From Waterburya sp. (GTDB lineage: Bacteria > Cyanobacteriota > Cyanobacteriia > Cyanobacteriales > Xenococcaceae), in NCBI GenBank assembly GCA_965217895.1, contig CBDCJV010000002.1, forward strand, positions 3,936,001 through 4,000,000: a stretch of 64,000 nucleotides of DNA. The letters run 5' to 3'. Below are positions 63,675 through 64,000 of the stretch, piece after piece. Under the pieces are notes generated by a model. That model did no database searches. It saw only the letters and a list, made by a program, of their open reading frames with translations, and was not told where the DNA came from. A program made the translations under genes and the position numbers. Each line of letters begins with the position of its first letter. Positions within the stretch are counted from its first letter, which is position 1.

Positions 63675-63882
63675 AAATTATTTAGCAATTAGCTTGCAGC
63701 ATTTTTATTCTAATTTCATTTAAGCTGGCTAATTTCAAATAAAATTACACATTCATCAAGGCCTACTTTTTCTCTATCCCGTTTAGAGCCGATTCGATAA
63801 TTCTTCAGCATATTGAAAACCAATTAAAAAAGCGCAAGGGACGCTGTGCAGAAAGCTTTTCCAATCGCCTTCTATGTCTTTT

Positions 63883-64000
63883 TTAGACTACATCAGGCAA
63901 TTGAGACACAATGTGTTTGCCAATTTCAATAGAAGCAGTAGCAGCAGGTGAGGGCGCATTACAGACGTGCATGGCTTTGTTACGATTGAGAATTAAAAAA
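63883..64000 (-). CDS. lhgO: L-2-hydroxyglutarate oxidase, C-terminal end (runs off window)
   Basis: Manual translation FLILNRNKAMHVCNAPSPAATASIEIGKHIVSQLPDVV*; the HVCNAPSPAAT motif is typical of LhgO. Confidence 0.8.
   Translation of the reverse strand, partial: FLILNRNKAMHVCNAPSPAATASIEIGKHIVSQLPDVV

Overview
AT-rich chromosomal window from a cyanobacterium. The evidence is dense HIP1 GCGATCGC sites, nblA, pxcA, zds, an SLH porin and Rbp proteins; the sequence style suggests a Pleurocapsales-like organism, which is inference. Most of the window is housekeeping genes: purU, pgeF, zds, aroH, pepA, galE, rpiA, cobI, rnc, ubiX, panB, trhO and a partial lhgO. It also holds three RNA genes (probable 6S RNA, tRNA-Pro(UGG), rnpB), one IS5-family element inactivated by a 51-bp palindromic insertion, and many STRR/SDR/MITE-type mini-repeats. 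Two loci stand out. (1) A secreted 99-aa peptide with nine Asn-Pro-Cys (NPC) repeats lies just upstream of an exported formylglycine-generating-enzyme-fold protein with a non-canonical Cys pair. The same leader plus NPC module recurs 52 kb away fused to a YHS domain, making this a candidate undescribed periplasmic Cys-modifying (RiPP/metallophore-like) system. (2) A plant-type UDP-apiose/UDP-xylose synthase gene is followed by a GT4-like glycosyltransferase, a candidate cyanobacterial apiosylation pathway. All family calls come from motif recognition by eye; no database searches were run.
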